A DNA stretch of 64,000 nucleotides from the human T2T-CHM13v2.0 reference genome, Homo sapiens, in NCBI RefSeq assembly GCF_009914755.1, contig NC_060947.1; one strand, written 5' to 3'. A program made the translations under genes and the position numbers. Below the pieces are notes generated by a model. The model made no database searches. It was not told where the DNA came from and saw only the letters and a list, made by a program, of their open reading frames with translations. This document shows positions 20,516-36,164 of this stretch, in pieces (within the stretch, counting starts at the first letter, position 1; every line of letters begins with the position of its first letter).

Positions 20516-23500
20516 CACAAAACAATGCGCTAACAATGTAAAAGAACAATAGAGCAATGTCATATGGCAGAGTGTGGCAATGATAAGTTTAGCAGAAGAA
20601 TTTCCAGACATTGTCTTTTTTTCCAGGAGAAAGCTTGTAAAATGTGTATTGTTTTCAATTTCCTTGTACAGTGTATTTGCTTTTATACTTTGTTTTGAGG
20701 TTTGTTTTTTTGTCAAAATTAAAGGGCAACTAGTTCAACACCCAGACTCCTCAATGCTTTGGGCCAATTGTCTTGCTGCTCTGATGATACAGATATGCTC
20801 CATTTTCTTGTGTTCTATTTGCTGTTTTATCGATACAGTTATGGATAAAAGAAAGCTCTTTGCCCAGATGCATTCTTTGGCCTTAAATTGGCTTGACGGG
20901 TGGACACTACCTTTGGACAATTAACCGCTTTAGCAGCAAAAGTCTTTTCAGATCAGCAGTGCTCATAGTCTATTGATGTTTAAATCTCAAATGCCTCGAA
21001 ATTAATCTTTTCTCCAGCTTTTGAATACAGCAGCTTTTGAATATAGCAGCTTTTTGTTTTTATTTTTGCCTGAGAGGTTCTACATTCTGTTGATATCATG
21101 GCTTTCTCCAGTTAAATCAATTTTGTCACTCCCTTTCAAACAAACAAACAAACAAACAAGTAAATAAACAAACCTGTTCCAAATAAAGCCCAGGAAGAAG
21201 TTAGGCCATGAAAGATGAAGAGCACTTTGACCTGCAGAAGTGATGATTGTGGTGATGGTGGTGTATAGATGAACATGTGGCAGAGGGAAATGGAAATAAA
21301 AAGAAAAAAGCAAAATGGCGTAGGAAACAAGGACAGAAAAAAAAATCCAATTATAGTCGGTTTGTTAGAGTTCTTCTCTTTATATATGCTATCTCATCTA
21401 GAGATTCCCTTGAAGACAGAGGCTCTGTGTTACTCCATTCAGGAGTGCTGTAGGAAGGAAGGTATTCCATGAGTGGTATTGTAATTGAATATCAAACCAA
21501 GATGGTGCTTGCTTTTCAACCCTGAAAAGAAGGTTTTAGGTTCCTGCTCTACTTGGAAATAAAGTACATATTTCCCATTTATGTAATAGGTTATGTAAAT
21601 CTTCTTAATGAAACTGAAAGTACCAGTTGAATACTGTGTGAAAGAGTTCCTTTAAAAATGCTCTTGTGGAGTCACAAAGGACAGGATAATTAAAACTCCT
21701 TGCAGAGTTTAGTTCTTTGACCTCTCATTAGTTTCAGCATTATAAATTGCCATTTGTTAGCAGCCTAATTTGATTATTAGCCCCTCTGAGCTTACAGCAT
21801 GCATTCTGAAGAGTGTTCTCTACGTGACTCAGAACGCACGCTGCTGCTGCATACTGGAGATGGAAAATGGAGGAGCAAATTGCCTTGCTCCTGTGTGTTC
21901 ATGAGTTAGTCATACTAAAGTGGTTAAACAAAGGGAAAGCAGTCCTTTCCAACATCCACAGTTATGAGTTTGATAAAAGAAACTCAGTGGGCAGTATGAC
22001 TATTTCATTCTGGAAGCAGCTTTATTAGGTGTCATGGAGGGAGGAGGAGAAAGAGGAAATTTTAGTCCCTATAGTTTTATCATTTAAAAAAATTGGCATG
22101 TCATATCACCTTATATCACCCTGCATGGTGAAATAGAAACTTACTTCCTCAAGGTATTTCAACAAATGATTGCAAAGATTTAGAGCAGGGGACTACTAGC
22201 ACACTCATTCTTTGCCTCTCTGGGTAGGTACTGTGGTCTCAGCATTTTAATTAATTTCTTGATATTGCTACTAGGGGGCTTAGCAAGTGTAAACAGGCTT
22301 CTTGCCAAAGCCAATGTCCATAAAACAACCTACTTCTATTATTTTTAAGGGAACAAGCTGAATCAGAGGGTTGTGAGAAAGCAGAAAAATACAATAAGAA
22401 GAATATGGAAATGAAACACCCCCACCCTCTGTGCTTGCCAAATACAAATAACTGAAAAAATTGCTCCCACTGCCTCCATTACACTCCAGAAGATCAATTA
22501 AGGCAAGCATGAAAGTCTTCAACTTTTCCAAGTTTGAGATTGTGAAAGAGGCTTATATGAAGTGAGAGTTACAGTTCGAAAAATGTAGAAGAACATACAA
22601 TCATAATAGTAGCAGTAATAGTAAGCAGTATATACTACACTCTCTCTCTTTGTGAACTTCTGCTTAATCAGCCACTGAATTAATTAACAGTAAGACCCAG
22701 CAAGGAATGGCCATGGTATACTAACTGCTTGTGGCTAATAGAGTGGTTAGAAGTAGTGTGGCTGGAAATATCTAGTTCGCCCAGACATTTCTGCTTCAAT
22801 CATTTAAGTTGTACGCTTACCAAACATTAGTTGAGCTTGTTCCAAATCTATTTATGCCAGTTGTGCATAATAATATAATTATGTGATTTAATTAACTATT
22901 ATATAAACTGATGAAATATGAATGCAAAGTGAGTTGTTGCTTCAATGAAATCTCGGCTGAATGTCTTTGTAAGCCTTAGTTAAAACAGGATGCTGAAAAA
23001 AATCCGTCAAATTTGGCGTGGGTGAGAAAAAAGCAGAAGATAGGAAAATTACAATAGTTTAGGAAGATTCTACATTCAGATTGCTTCACACGTTTTGTTT
23101 TTTAGTTTATTTTATGGAAAATTGCAAACATATCTAAAATTAGAAAGTTGACTGTAATTAACATGATATACTCATCACCCAGCTTCAACAATTATCTCTA
23201 CAGGTACAATCTGGTTTTATCTATACCTCACCCACTCTCCTGCCAAATTATTTTAAAGCAAATCTCAGCTATCATATCACTTCCTCTTGTGGATCTTTTA
23301 AAGTTCTCATTCCACTTTAAAGGAACCCAAATGGGAAAATATTATAGATGTGGCTTGTATAATAGCAAGATAGCACAAAACTCCAAGTGTCAACCCATAC
23401 CTAAGGAAGAGGCTAGAGGGTAGGAAAAAAATCATGGAAAAGTGATTTTCCATGACATATCTGTATTGGACCCTAGAAGGGAGGAGGTATCCATTAATCA

Positions 23501-23780
23501 ACCTGTTTTTCAAAAAGTATTTGTTAAAATATTTAAAATGTACGACATATTTTAATGATTATTTACTTCAGTTGCTTTATTTGGCTAAACAGTGAACTAT
23601 TGTACTGAGTCCTACTTACTGATTACAAAGTTTCTGGCATAAAACTAGGTGGTAACGATAAAGATGTAATATAGCTGACATACTGAGGATGATTGCATGT
23701 CATGGTTAAGATAAACCATTAACTGGGTAATGGCATATTTTCAAAGCTTATTTCATTTGAATAAAAAGAAATCATGGCTT

Positions 23781-24013
23781 CTCAGTTAACCGCAACCTCT
23801 GCCTCCCGGATTCAAGCGATTCTCCTGCCTCAGCCTCCCGAGTAGCTGGGATTACGGTCACGTGCTACCACACCAGGCTAATTTTGTATTTTTAATAGAG
23901 ACGGGGTTTCTCCACGTTGGTCAGTCTGGTCTCCAACTCCCGACCTCAGGTGATCTACCCACCTCGGCCTCCCAAAGTGCTGGGATTACAGGCGTGAGCC
24001 ACTACGCCCAGCC
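23781..24013 (-). mobile_element. AluSp-like element lacking its 3' end and poly(A)
   Basis: Antisense Alu flanked by a 14-bp direct repeat agaaatcatggctt. Confidence 0.88.
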
Positions 24014-24333
24014 TAAGGTTTGTTTCTTTTGAGAAATCATGGCTTTGATAGTAGCAAAGTTATCATGTTAATTCAGTTCTTTGTCCAAATTCAACTCCTT
24101 CTTTTAGCATAGCCACTCCAGTTCACAATGGTGGCATACTTTAATGATTCTGTGCCCCACGTCTCAACCCCCAGACATATCTGACTGGACTAGGGATACT
24201 GATGTCAGCCAATTGCTCTTCCTCAAGAATTTGAAGTAAGATACATAAATCTAGTTAGAAAATGGGAGGGTGATTGACCTGAATGGTTGCTTCAGCCAAC
24301 TTAGGCCATATGAAAGCAGAGGAGGTAAGATGA

Positions 24334-24875
<542 letters not shown>

Positions 24876-25290
24876 GGGTACAAGTAGAGAATCAAAAGGC
24901 AGAGACAATAAATCACCTCATAGTTTAAACCAAATGTAGCACTAGCTAGGTTTTCTATGTATGTGTGTATATGTGTACATACACTCATGTGTATGGGTGT
25001 GTATGTATGACTATTTAATATCAACCAATACCTATGCTATTTAGAAAGCATTCAGGGCCGTGCCAGTTTAAGGTACTTCATTCACATGTTATCTCATACA
25101 GGAAGAAAGGATTATCTACTGGCAAACCCAGGCCTAGGGAATAGGGCAGGATTTCATATTTTGTTCACATTTTTACTGCTATGCTCCTCCATTATTTCAA
25201 AGTTGTTTCAGCCTGAAAAACAGGATTTGGGGTTTTTATTTTGTTTCATTCTCCATGAACTTATTCCAGGTCAGTGCCAGAAGATAATGA

Positions 25291-25567
<277 letters not shown>

Positions 25568-25939
25568 AATGAATAAATGAATTAATGAATAAATGAATTT
25601 ATTTATTCCTTAATGAATAAGTAATTGGTAGTATTACAGATAAAATTCCTTTAATTAACACTCTGTTAATTCATCACTTGGGCTGTTAAATGGGTATATT
25701 GCTATTGAGCAAAATTTGCTTCAAGCAGGACAGAAGGGAGATGATCAAAGCCCTATGCTCAAATTGTAAGAACATACCTTGGCCCACTTGGGTTTAATTT
25801 GGGTTCAGATCATAAGCAAATTTGAATCACCCCTGATTTGACCTTAGCCTCTTTTCTATTTATCAGTATTACCTACAATATCCACTCTGCTCTCCTCATG
25901 AAATACCCTGAGTGAAATGTCAGGGAATATTTTGCATTT

Positions 25940-26165
25940 AGGTGGGAGCTAAATAATGTGTACACATGGACATAGAGTGTGGAATAAGAGACATCAGAGA
26001 CTCAGAAAAGTGGGATAGCCGCACGGGGGTGAGGGATGAGAAATTATTTAATGGGTACGATGTACACTATTCAGGTGATGGTTACACTAGAAGCCCAGAT
26101 GTCACCACTATGCAATGTATCCATGTAACAAAACTGCACATGTACTTCCTTAATATATAAAAATA
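25940..26165 (+). mobile_element. L1PB-like 3' end fragment
   Basis: L1 3' UTR motifs; flanks aatattttgcatt / aatattttgtatt. Confidence 0.75.
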
Positions 26166-26311
26166 ATATTTTGTATTATCTTACAAATAACAGTCTGTAA
26201 GAATTTCAAAATCTCCAGTTTGAGGAAAACTTGGAAGGGTATTCAGGGAGTATGGTTAGAACTTTTGTTTTGCAAATAGCTCTGTCCAAGTCTAGCACTA
26301 GTCAGGCCCAC

Positions 26312-26721
<410 letters not shown>

Positions 26722-27285
26722 TAGATTCACTCTGTAAGTCTCTCCTCAGTGGATAATTTTACATCTCATACAATATACTTTCCAAAAGCAACAGCTCACT
26801 GAAATAGAATTATCATGTTCTTTTTTCCTTTTAGAAAGTCACTTAATTGGATGGCAATGCCTTTCTTAGCTGGTGAATCTAATATTTGATGGGTACCAGC
26901 CTAGTTTGTACTGACACCTTGTGTGGCTTCCCCAAGACATTATGCAATCTAACATGACACTTCCATCCAGCTCATCTGGCCCAGAGGTTAAACATGTTCA
27001 TTTGCTTATTTTCAGGGCCCTGCATACACATATCTACCAACACTTCTAGCACTTGGTAAAAAACTAATTGCAGAGAGACTTGGCACTTTACCTTTCTGTT
27101 TGCTCTTGGCAGGATTGTTGTTTTCCCTTTGCAATTTTATGAGCATTGTATGGTCTTTAATGAATGACCAAAATGTCTTTGTTTTTAGAGTATGACAGAG
27201 AACTATCATTCCCCTTTAAAAAAAAATCTTTGGAAAATAGTCTGCTCAATATCTAAGGCTGTCACTCATTCAAAAACATTAAATA

Positions 27286-27600
27286 GGTCGGGTGCAGTGG
27301 CTCACACCCGTAATCCCAGCACTTAGGGAGGCCAAGGCTGGTGGATCATGAGGTCAAGAGATCGAGACTATCCTGGCCAACATGGCGAAACCCCGTCTCT
27401 ACTAAAAATACAAAAAAAAAAGAAAATTAGCTGGGCGTGGTGCCATGTGCCTTTATTCCTAGCTACTCAGGAGGCTGAGGCAGGAGAATTGCTTGAAACC
27501 AGGAGGCGGAGGTTGCAGTGAGCCGAGATTGTGCCACTGTACTCCAGCCTGGCCACAGAGCGGGACTCTGTCTCAAACAAGAACAACAACACAAAAAATT
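27286..27600 (+). mobile_element. AluS (Sc-like)
   Basis: Full Alu with degenerate A tail. Confidence 0.93.
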
Positions 27601-28718
27601 AAATAAATTTAAAACAGAAAAAAATCTCTGCCACAAAATGAAGGCAACTTCTAGAGAATTCCATATGAGCAATTTCTAGTTTCCATTAGGCATTACAAAG
27701 CCAACTAATCCTCAACTCTACCTCACTCACATAGTACAGGGCTTCCCCACAGATCTATTCACTGTAGCTTTCCTCAGTCTAATTTCCATCCTCATAAATC
27801 TATAGTGTTAATGATACAACTGAAGGAGAGGTTTGGAACAGTCAGTCAGATGTATGCATTCTTTTCTTTGAGGTTTTACATACAAATGTTTTACTTTCTG
27901 AGTCCTGAGAAAAATCAAAACAATAAGTTTTATCATAAATAGTATCTTCATCCCCAGGGATAACACTTTTGGCTTCTATGACATTCAAATTGATGTTTCT
28001 ATTCCTAAGGCATTTCCTTGTTTTTACATAAGTTGTCTTTTCTCACACCATTAAAAAAAAATAACTAAACCTTTGATGTAACTTCCATGCTCTCTTATAT
28101 CTTCTCTAATAGTACATATTTGATTATTTTATTACACAACATCAGAAGACTATATGGCTAAACTCAGTGCTACTCATATTCTGGAAAAAGTGTTCATCTT
28201 TCCAACTGGCTGCTGAAGCAACTCTACCAAGGGAAAAGTAGTTCAGACTTCTCATTCAGGTATTGCTGTCTTGCCTTGAACAGTTTTCTTACACATTTCT
28301 TTGCTGTCATGGTTTTTTTCTTACAATAGAAAACAGCTAATAAATAATGTTTCACTGTCTGCTGCTGTTCTGACCCCAGTCTCCTTTCACTTTTCAAGAT
28401 GGGAGTTTCGAATGAGGAGTACACTGGTTTATTTGCCATATATATTTGTATTTGTTAGTAAGAGATTGCAGCCTACTAATTCTCTAGGGAATGGTGACAT
28501 TTGGGACCTGTATGGATGTGCTATAGGTTACATTTATAACATTTTGACTCACATGATTGCTTCAGTTATTAAATACTTCAATGTGTTTTGAGAGGGCTAG
28601 AGAGTTACCCATAACTTCAAAATTATTTCATTGTTTCCAGCTTCTATTACACTGTAGACAATAGAATTGACAGTGTAGAAAACAGCAGAATAAAGAAATA
28701 AGTGACTTTTTCTGTTTC

Positions 28719-29282
28719 TGAAATTGTCCTCATAAAATTAATAAAACTAAATTGCTAGGCTTTTAACAAAGGCATAAGCCTTGAATTGAAGCATAGCTAA
28801 GTATTAGCCATCTTGCCTTACAGCCCACTTCCTTATAGCTGCTTACTGCTTAGAAGTCTCATAATCCCTGTCACAAGGGCCTGACTTCTATAGATAACAT
28901 CTTTAACATTAAGAAACCTCAAGTTTTCCATTCCAGATCCTGTGTTCCAATGGGTCCAAGGATGTTAGCCAGTCTGAAGACCTCTTCCGAGAAACAGACC
29001 CAGCACAGGAATGTGGTTTCTTTATCTCCGTGTCCCATAACTTCACTCCTCACTTCTTGACCAATCAGCAACCCCAGCTCCTGAGCTGCCTACCCATCAA
29101 AATTCCCTGAAAAACTCCAGTCCAAACTCCATGGGGAGGTGAATTTGAGGTTTGAGGTTTCCTCCCACTTCCTTGTTTGACTGTCATTTGATTATTAAAT
29201 ATTTCCTTTGCTGCAACTCCCACTGTCTTGGTGTATTGATCTGTTATCTCAGAATGGGCACGGACCTGATGGTCCTATAATA
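28719..29282 (+). mobile_element. ERV1 MER4-group solo LTR (MER31/67-like)
   Basis: TG start, ccaatcagca box and attaaa signal; family uncertain. Confidence 0.5.
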
Positions 29283-32034
29283 CTTCTGTCATCTAGGAGT
29301 CTAAGGAAAAACTTAACGTATTTTGGTGAAGAATTTTATAAAGCATAAACTATCAATAACTATCAGGAATATACAGAGCATATTAAAAACACTATATATT
29401 AGAACAAAGATAGAAATATATTTCAGGAAGAAAGATTGTTCTTCACAAAGAGGTAATAACACAGCTTGTTAGAAAGAACCAGGCCTTTACCCAAATGATG
29501 GTTTGGTGGAATTGAATAGCCACAGACCAGTTGTTGGACTGACATGGCCAGTTATTTCCATCATTTTAGTTAAACTGACACCTGGTTTTTCTACCAAGTT
29601 AGGATGAGCTTCTCTGTATGTTCTTTCTAAAACTAGAAGAGTCACCAAATTGTGCCCTGCTCCCAACGTAAAAATTTTTTGCTATATTGAAGATATAGTG
29701 TTAATTAATCACTGTGGTGCAGGTAAGGACTTCAACCTGGCTGAATAGAATCTGTGGAATCAGGTACTTCCAGGGCATAAAATTGCATGAAACAAAATAT
29801 TTGGAATTTTTATCTTCTTCCCCAAGTGAAATGATCTCAGCATTAAAGTACAAACTTGGACAAGAACCAGGCTTCAGCCGTAGCACATTGGTTTTAACTC
29901 AGACATGAAGTTCTTTCCTGAGTACTGGATTACAATGGCAAGCAATCCCCTTCTACTCCCTGGCTTGTGGGGAAAAATTAGCTCACTGTAGTGCCAGAGC
30001 TGATTCAATGGCTTCTACAAACCCTGGGCCCCTAGGCAAGAACAGTTTAGACAGCATCTCAACAGGAAGTTTAAGAACTGAATGGCCAGTCCAGCCATAT
30101 GGGTGGTTCAGGGAGGGGACATCTGAGATTGTTTGTTTTCCCTTTTCCTTAAGTACTCATTTACTAACAATTTCTGGTCTGACTCTATCATTCTAATCTA
30201 CAGGATCAGAAGTGTGTGCAAGCTATAAGTATATCAGATATCTCATAATGGGTGGGGAAGGTATTAATATATGTGTGTGTACCCCAAGTTCTTCCCACTA
30301 AGCATAAAATTGAGATTGTGGAAATGGATGGTTCGTTGATAGAGCTTTTTCTTCCCATGTGGCTGCAGCATTCTTTCTAAACCATTCTGACCTCAACTTT
30401 CAGTCAAACTGATCAGCTATTGTTCTAGTTAGTGACAGGAACAGATTTTTCCATGTCTATGCTGCTGTGGAATAGGATCTCAGTTAATTAGTTCGGCCCA
30501 AAGTTACGGCTGATGTGGTTCTATAATGATTTTGTCTTTATGTGTATAGAAATGGCCTATATCTAGTTTCTCTGTGTTGCCTATTAGGTTGCAAGTTTCT
30601 AGGCTTTAAGAAATTCATCTTTTATTTTAATCATGAACTGTACCTGTTATATGATTATAGCTGTACCTGCTGTTGATGGTATTTCACATCAAATATAATT
30701 TTAGCATTTGTCCCCATTGAACCTAACTGACATTCAGTCACATCTGAGTGCATCTGGTTAGCTGACAGGAACACCTACAGGCTCGATTTACATTGGTTTG
30801 GTCCCTTGGGGAGAAGAGGCATGGGAGAAGGAAAAGAGAAGGGGAAGGAGGGAGATAAGGAGAAGAAGGGAAAGAAATGTCAGGAAGAGTCTTGTAAGTG
30901 GGTACCTTGTTGGCAAAGATGAAATAGCAGAGAAAGGATGGGGAGGATAGCTCAGTGTCTGTCTTCTGTTCTATCCCCAAAGTCTTGCATCTAAACTTTT
31001 TAAATAGAGGCATTGTAGGCAAAAACAGAAAGATCTGTATTTACAAAGGACTTGAGAAACACATGGTCTAGTATGCCACGGTCAGGTGGTATAGTATGTC
31101 ATGGTCAGACACAGGTGGAGTATGCCATAGCCTTAATGATTCAGTAAGCAATGGAACACAGAAGTATGTAACTGTGGCATGGTGAGAATTTAATGAATAA
31201 TGAAGGTAGAGAGTGCTAATGTGGGTCTTCCTCCAGGCTAAAATCATACAATGGGTAGCAAGTTCATGGTATCTGACTCCTCTAAACTTGCTAATCCCTC
31301 CTTCTGCATAGAATGCATTCACCACTGATTTTCTGGCACTTCCACAAGAAACCCGGGTAGCAGTTGGGAGCTGCATCATTTATAATCATAACTGGTATAT
31401 ATCCCTTCTAGTCTTGTTTTCTGGTTTGGCAACAACACAAAGTGAAAGTAATCTTGAGTGAAGTCTAAGTCATCAAGAAGTCTTCAGTCTTTAATGGTCC
31501 AGCATTGTGGTCAGGTGGCCAAACGTGACACAAAATGGAGGAAAAGGACATCCTATGTGGACACAGTGTGAGCTCAGCTCAAAGAAGATTGAAGGAATTC
31601 TAATATGTCTTTGACATCACTATGCTGTGCAGCTTCAGAAACATGAGGAGAACATGGCATGGACATGGAGGGCACCATGCCAAGAAGCAGGTAGGCCACA
31701 GTGAGATGCCATGCTCATGTAGCTAGATGGCAGCTTAAATTAATGAGATTAATGAAGGTATCCAGAAAAGAAAATATAAGACCACTCTTTGTAAGTTCAC
31801 ATGAGCCACCCCTTAAGGATATCCACAACTAGCTTTATAAGGCTTGATATGGAGAAGAGGTAGGATACCCATACTTCCTTCATTATCTGTTATTTAACTT
31901 ACTGTTATCGTTGCTCCTCGACACTTACAGAAATAATAATCCCATATATTTATGTAGCCTTTACAGTTTACAGAGTGCTTTCACCTGCATTCACTGATTT
32001 AATACTGAAAGCAACCCTGTGAACTAGTGAGACT

Positions 32035-32819
32035 GTAGAATTTCCTGAATCCCCTCACAGGGTGTGTGACAGGTGTGCTGTTCTCTGTTCAACTGCCATA
32101 AGCTGAAATCCCTTAAGGGAAGGGAAGCACACAGACAGGCAGGTGCAGGAGCCAGGGTGAGCGCTTTGGGCTCAGGCCCCACAGTAGGGTCTAGGGGTGG
32201 GTGCCTGCAACCCCAGTGTTACAATGCTCCTTTAGCTCTGCCATCTACAGATGGCTTAAGTGTTAACCAGCTCAGTGCCCCTCTCCCTTTCTGCAAGGGC
32301 AGAGGGCCAGTGTGAGAACTTTCTGCATCCCGAGCTCTTGTCGAGTGTCCCAGAAGAATTGGGTCACACACGGATTTGAAGGATCAATGTCAGGGTTTTA
32401 TGGTGGTGGAGGTGGGTCTCAGAGGGGTGGATGGGGAGCTGGAAGGGGGATGGAGTGGGAAGATGATCTTCCCCTGGAGTTTGGCCATCCAGTGGTGGAA
32501 CTCCTCTCCAACTGCCCCCAGCCGAACTCCTCTTGATGTTCAGACATTTCTTGTCTTCTTTCTCTGCTGCACTGTTCTGCTGTTCATCTGCTTGTCTCAT
32601 CTTGTGTCCTTGTCTCCTTGTCTGATTCTGGAGCCTGAGGTTCTGGGTTTATATGGGTCCAGGATAGTGGACATGGCGGGCCAAAACACAACTCTTTGGG
32701 CAAGAAAACAGGAATGCCTGTCTTCATTTAGAGCTGCAGGTATCCAGGCTTGAGGGTGGAGCCTTTGCTAGTGAACCACACTCTTTTGCCCAGTATTTTC
32801 CTGTCTTCTGTCTGTATCA
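32035..32819 (-). mobile_element. MER52/LTR27-group ERV1 solo LTR
   Basis: Reverse complement starts tgatacagacagaagacaggaaaatactggg; contains cccatataaaccc. Confidence 0.7.
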
Positions 32820-32821
32820 GT

Positions 32822-33378
32822 AGTACAGAAGAGAAAAAAAATTGCTTCTCTCTCTCCCCCTAGGTTCTTTGTCTGGTATACAAATTAAATTGACCTAAAA
32901 CAGATTAACAGCAAAAAAGGGCAATTTTAATTACATATGTATATATGGAAGTCTCACAAAAATAGGAAACTTAAAGAAAGGTCAGATGATTGAAGCTTAT
33001 ATAAGATTCTGATCTACAGAAAGGAATAGAAACTTGGCATTTCTAGGCAGTGGTGAAGACAAATTATAGGAGGATGAGGGGAGAAAATTTACGGTGAATA
33101 AAGTTTGCCTTGTTATGCAAGTAAGAGTTTCTCAGGTGATAAAAGTTGTTTCTTAGCAGTTCTCTTCCTAGTACAGTTACCTTTATTAATGAAAATTTCT
33201 TTTGTAGATATAAATTCCTTTACAAAAGGGGAGCTTTTCAGAGCTCTGCCTATGTCTGCAATTCCTCAAAATAACCAGCTATACATAATCAATATGTCAA
33301 ATAAGTATATTTTGGGATGGCATATTCTGGTCTCCTAAAGTCCAGAATTTTTGGAGTGGCATATCCTGAGCTCCAACA
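32822..33378 (-). mobile_element. MER34-like LTR
   Basis: Reverse complement starts tgttggagctcaggatatgccactccaaaa. Confidence 0.6.
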
Positions 33379-33503
33379 GTAACAGGGTATTATAATCATT
33401 ATACAGATGAATAAAGAAATCTATGGTCTGGAGAGTTGAAAATATTTTTTTCAAAGTAACATCTCTAGAGAGTTGACAAACTACATGTAGAACTCAAACC
33501 TTC

Positions 33504-34364
33504 TGAAGTAGGCAGAATAAAAGCCCCCCAAAGATGTCCATGTCCTAATCTCTGAAACCCATGAGTAAGTTACCTTACATGTCAAAAGAGACTTTGCAAA
33601 AGAGACTTTTCCATGAAAATGATCAAGGATCTTGATGTGGGGAGGTTATTTTGGATTATCTGAGTGGGCTAAATCTAATCACATGAATTCTTAAAATCAG
33701 AGAACCATTCCCAGCTAAGGGTAGAAAGACATGATGATGGAAGAAGAGTCAGAGAGAGAATCAGTTTTACTGGCTTTAATGATAGAGGACAGAGTCAGGA
33801 ACCAATGAATGCAGGTGACCTTTAGAAGATAGAAAAGACAAGGAAATGAATTCTCCCTGTATATATTTCCCATTCTGCATTAAAGAATTACCATAAGCTT
33901 AACGGTTTAAAGCAACACAAATGTATTGTCTTAGCATCCTGGAAGTCAGAAGTCCAAAAGGGTCTTATAGGCTAAAATCAAGGTGGCAGTAGATCTGCAT
34001 CCCTTCTGGAGGCTGTCGGCATGGATCTATTTCTTTGCCTTTTCAAACTTTTAGGAACCCCTTGCATGCCTTGGCTTGTGACTCCCTTTCTCGATCTTTA
34101 ATGTGTATCACTCCAACCTCTCCTTCTGTTGCCACATTTCTCTCTCTGACCTCTGCTTCCATTGTAAGCATCTTTTGACTACATTGGGCCCACCTGGGTA
34201 ATCCAGGATAATCTCCAGAAAGTAACACAGCTTTGTTGACATCTTGTTTTTAGCCTAGTGAGACAAGTGTCAAACTTCTGACCTACAGAACTGCAATACC
34301 TTTGTATGATTAAAGCCATGAAATTTGTGGTAATTTGTTACAGCAGCAATAGAAAACCAGTACA
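33504..34364 (+). mobile_element. MLT1D/E-like LTR with a nested inverted MLT1 piece (about 33858-34220)
   Basis: ggcagaataa...ccccaaagatgtccatgtcctaatc start; gtaatttgttacagcagcaatagaaaac end. Confidence 0.7.
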
Positions 34365-36164
34365 CCATTTAATTCTCACACCAGGGAGTTAAAGTATCAT
34401 ATCACATATTGCCTGCAGGCTTGAACAGCTTTGGAGCATTTGAGGAGTATTCCTTTGATATCTACTAATTAGTTCAGGATGGACTTTGGGCTTTCGGAAT
34501 CTAGCCTTTTTTTGTTCTAGTCAAGAATCTTAGAGGGAATATTTGTTAGAATTTTGAATTTATATCACATTGCACACTTTTATAGGTTTTTACTTATATA
34601 TCATCTGTATCCTTAGTCCCATCTTACAGAAGACTGCTGAGTCATTAGTCATGAAGCACTAATGTCAGGAATTAGAAACACAGCACTCATTTCCCCAGCT
34701 TGCTACTTAATATTCCAAATCATACTCCTTCCTTTCATAAAACTCTTTAAGTACAGCTAAGGAAAACTGCTGTGGTCAAAGATTTTGGTGGAGAAAATTA
34801 TCTAAGAGAACTGAAGATGAAAATTTTTAAAAAGCCAAGGATTACAAGTATGTAAACCACTGTGTATGTCCTATGTTTACCAACCACATTTTATTTTCTC
34901 TTTGGTATTTAATCCTACTTGTTTCATAAATGGCATAAAATATGAAGAGAAGATGAAAAAGAATTAGAGAAAATTAGGATTTGAATGTGAACAAGGCTCA
35001 CTAGGTTAAATGGTTGGTTTATACGTTTGGGTATCAGATGCATTTAAATAAGCATTGATTTACAAGTCAGTTGTGCCACAAGTTTACAAGTCCCAAAATA
35101 GCTAGTCAGCAATCTGGAAGCTGTCGCCCTATCTCGCTACATCCTCGGGAATAAGTCTCAGCAGTCACAGTCTAACTGACAAAAGCTTTGCGGCTGAAGG
35201 CAGAATACAGTTTAGTTCCCACTCTCTCATCGGAAGACCGGCTCAGCAAACCTAACAGGAAGAAAAAAATGTATTTGTCAGTAAATGAAAAAGATAGGCC
35301 TCAATGGTACATAAAAAAAATCTGGAGGGAAAATTAGATGTGTTTCTTGTGTTGTCACTCCCTGGGCCAATACAACAATTACTTGGAAGATTTCAAACAC
35401 ACAAAGCAAAATAGCCCTAATATGCACAAGACAGTGAATTCAATGCACGTCATTGTCTAACAGTTACTACTTTTGGAAGCAGCTTGTCAAATTCCTATTA
35501 GGAATATATGTCTTCTGCAGACAAGCTCCATCCTAAAGGATGATCAGAGTAAACAGAAAGACAAGTACATGACCAAGACCAACACTTACTACCAACCTCA
35601 CAAAACCCCTCATGACCAAGGCAACTGCTGATGGGCTTGCAGGAAGGTACAGACAGTTTGTGCTCCCAAATCTATCATTGTCCCCATTGTGTAGATAGGG
35701 AAGCTGAAGTTAGAGTCTTACACCTACGTAACTAGTAGATGACAGAGTTTGAACTTAAGCCCAGGTCTTCTTGGCTCCCAGTCCATGGCTCTGCCTGCTG
35801 TTCTACAGGGACATACAAGGAAAATGTTAATAGAGCTCAGCCAAGTGGTGGCATGGAGACTTTCACTGAGGGAAACAAGGTTAACAAAAATGATATAAAA
35901 ATAGATTGTGTGTGTGTGTGCAGTAGCACAATGCTGTGTTTTCCATCCTTCTACTGAGTAGGAATTTTCCCGTTAGCTTTAAAGGGTGGTTTCTAAGTTG
36001 GTTGCTCCACATATCTCATATCATCCTTCTTTTCGCTGCCAAGAAGACGAATGCATTTGAGTAAAAAGAATTTCTCAATAACTTATTTTCATGGGCAGAA
36101 AAGTTTAAAAAGAAATTCTATTTATCATTAAAAATTGGGATGAATATAAGCATCAGTTGATTTC

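Noticed and set aside
20237-20716. 159-aa minus-strand ORF
   Set aside because: Runs through MIR fragments, has a non-ATG start and no recognisable domain.
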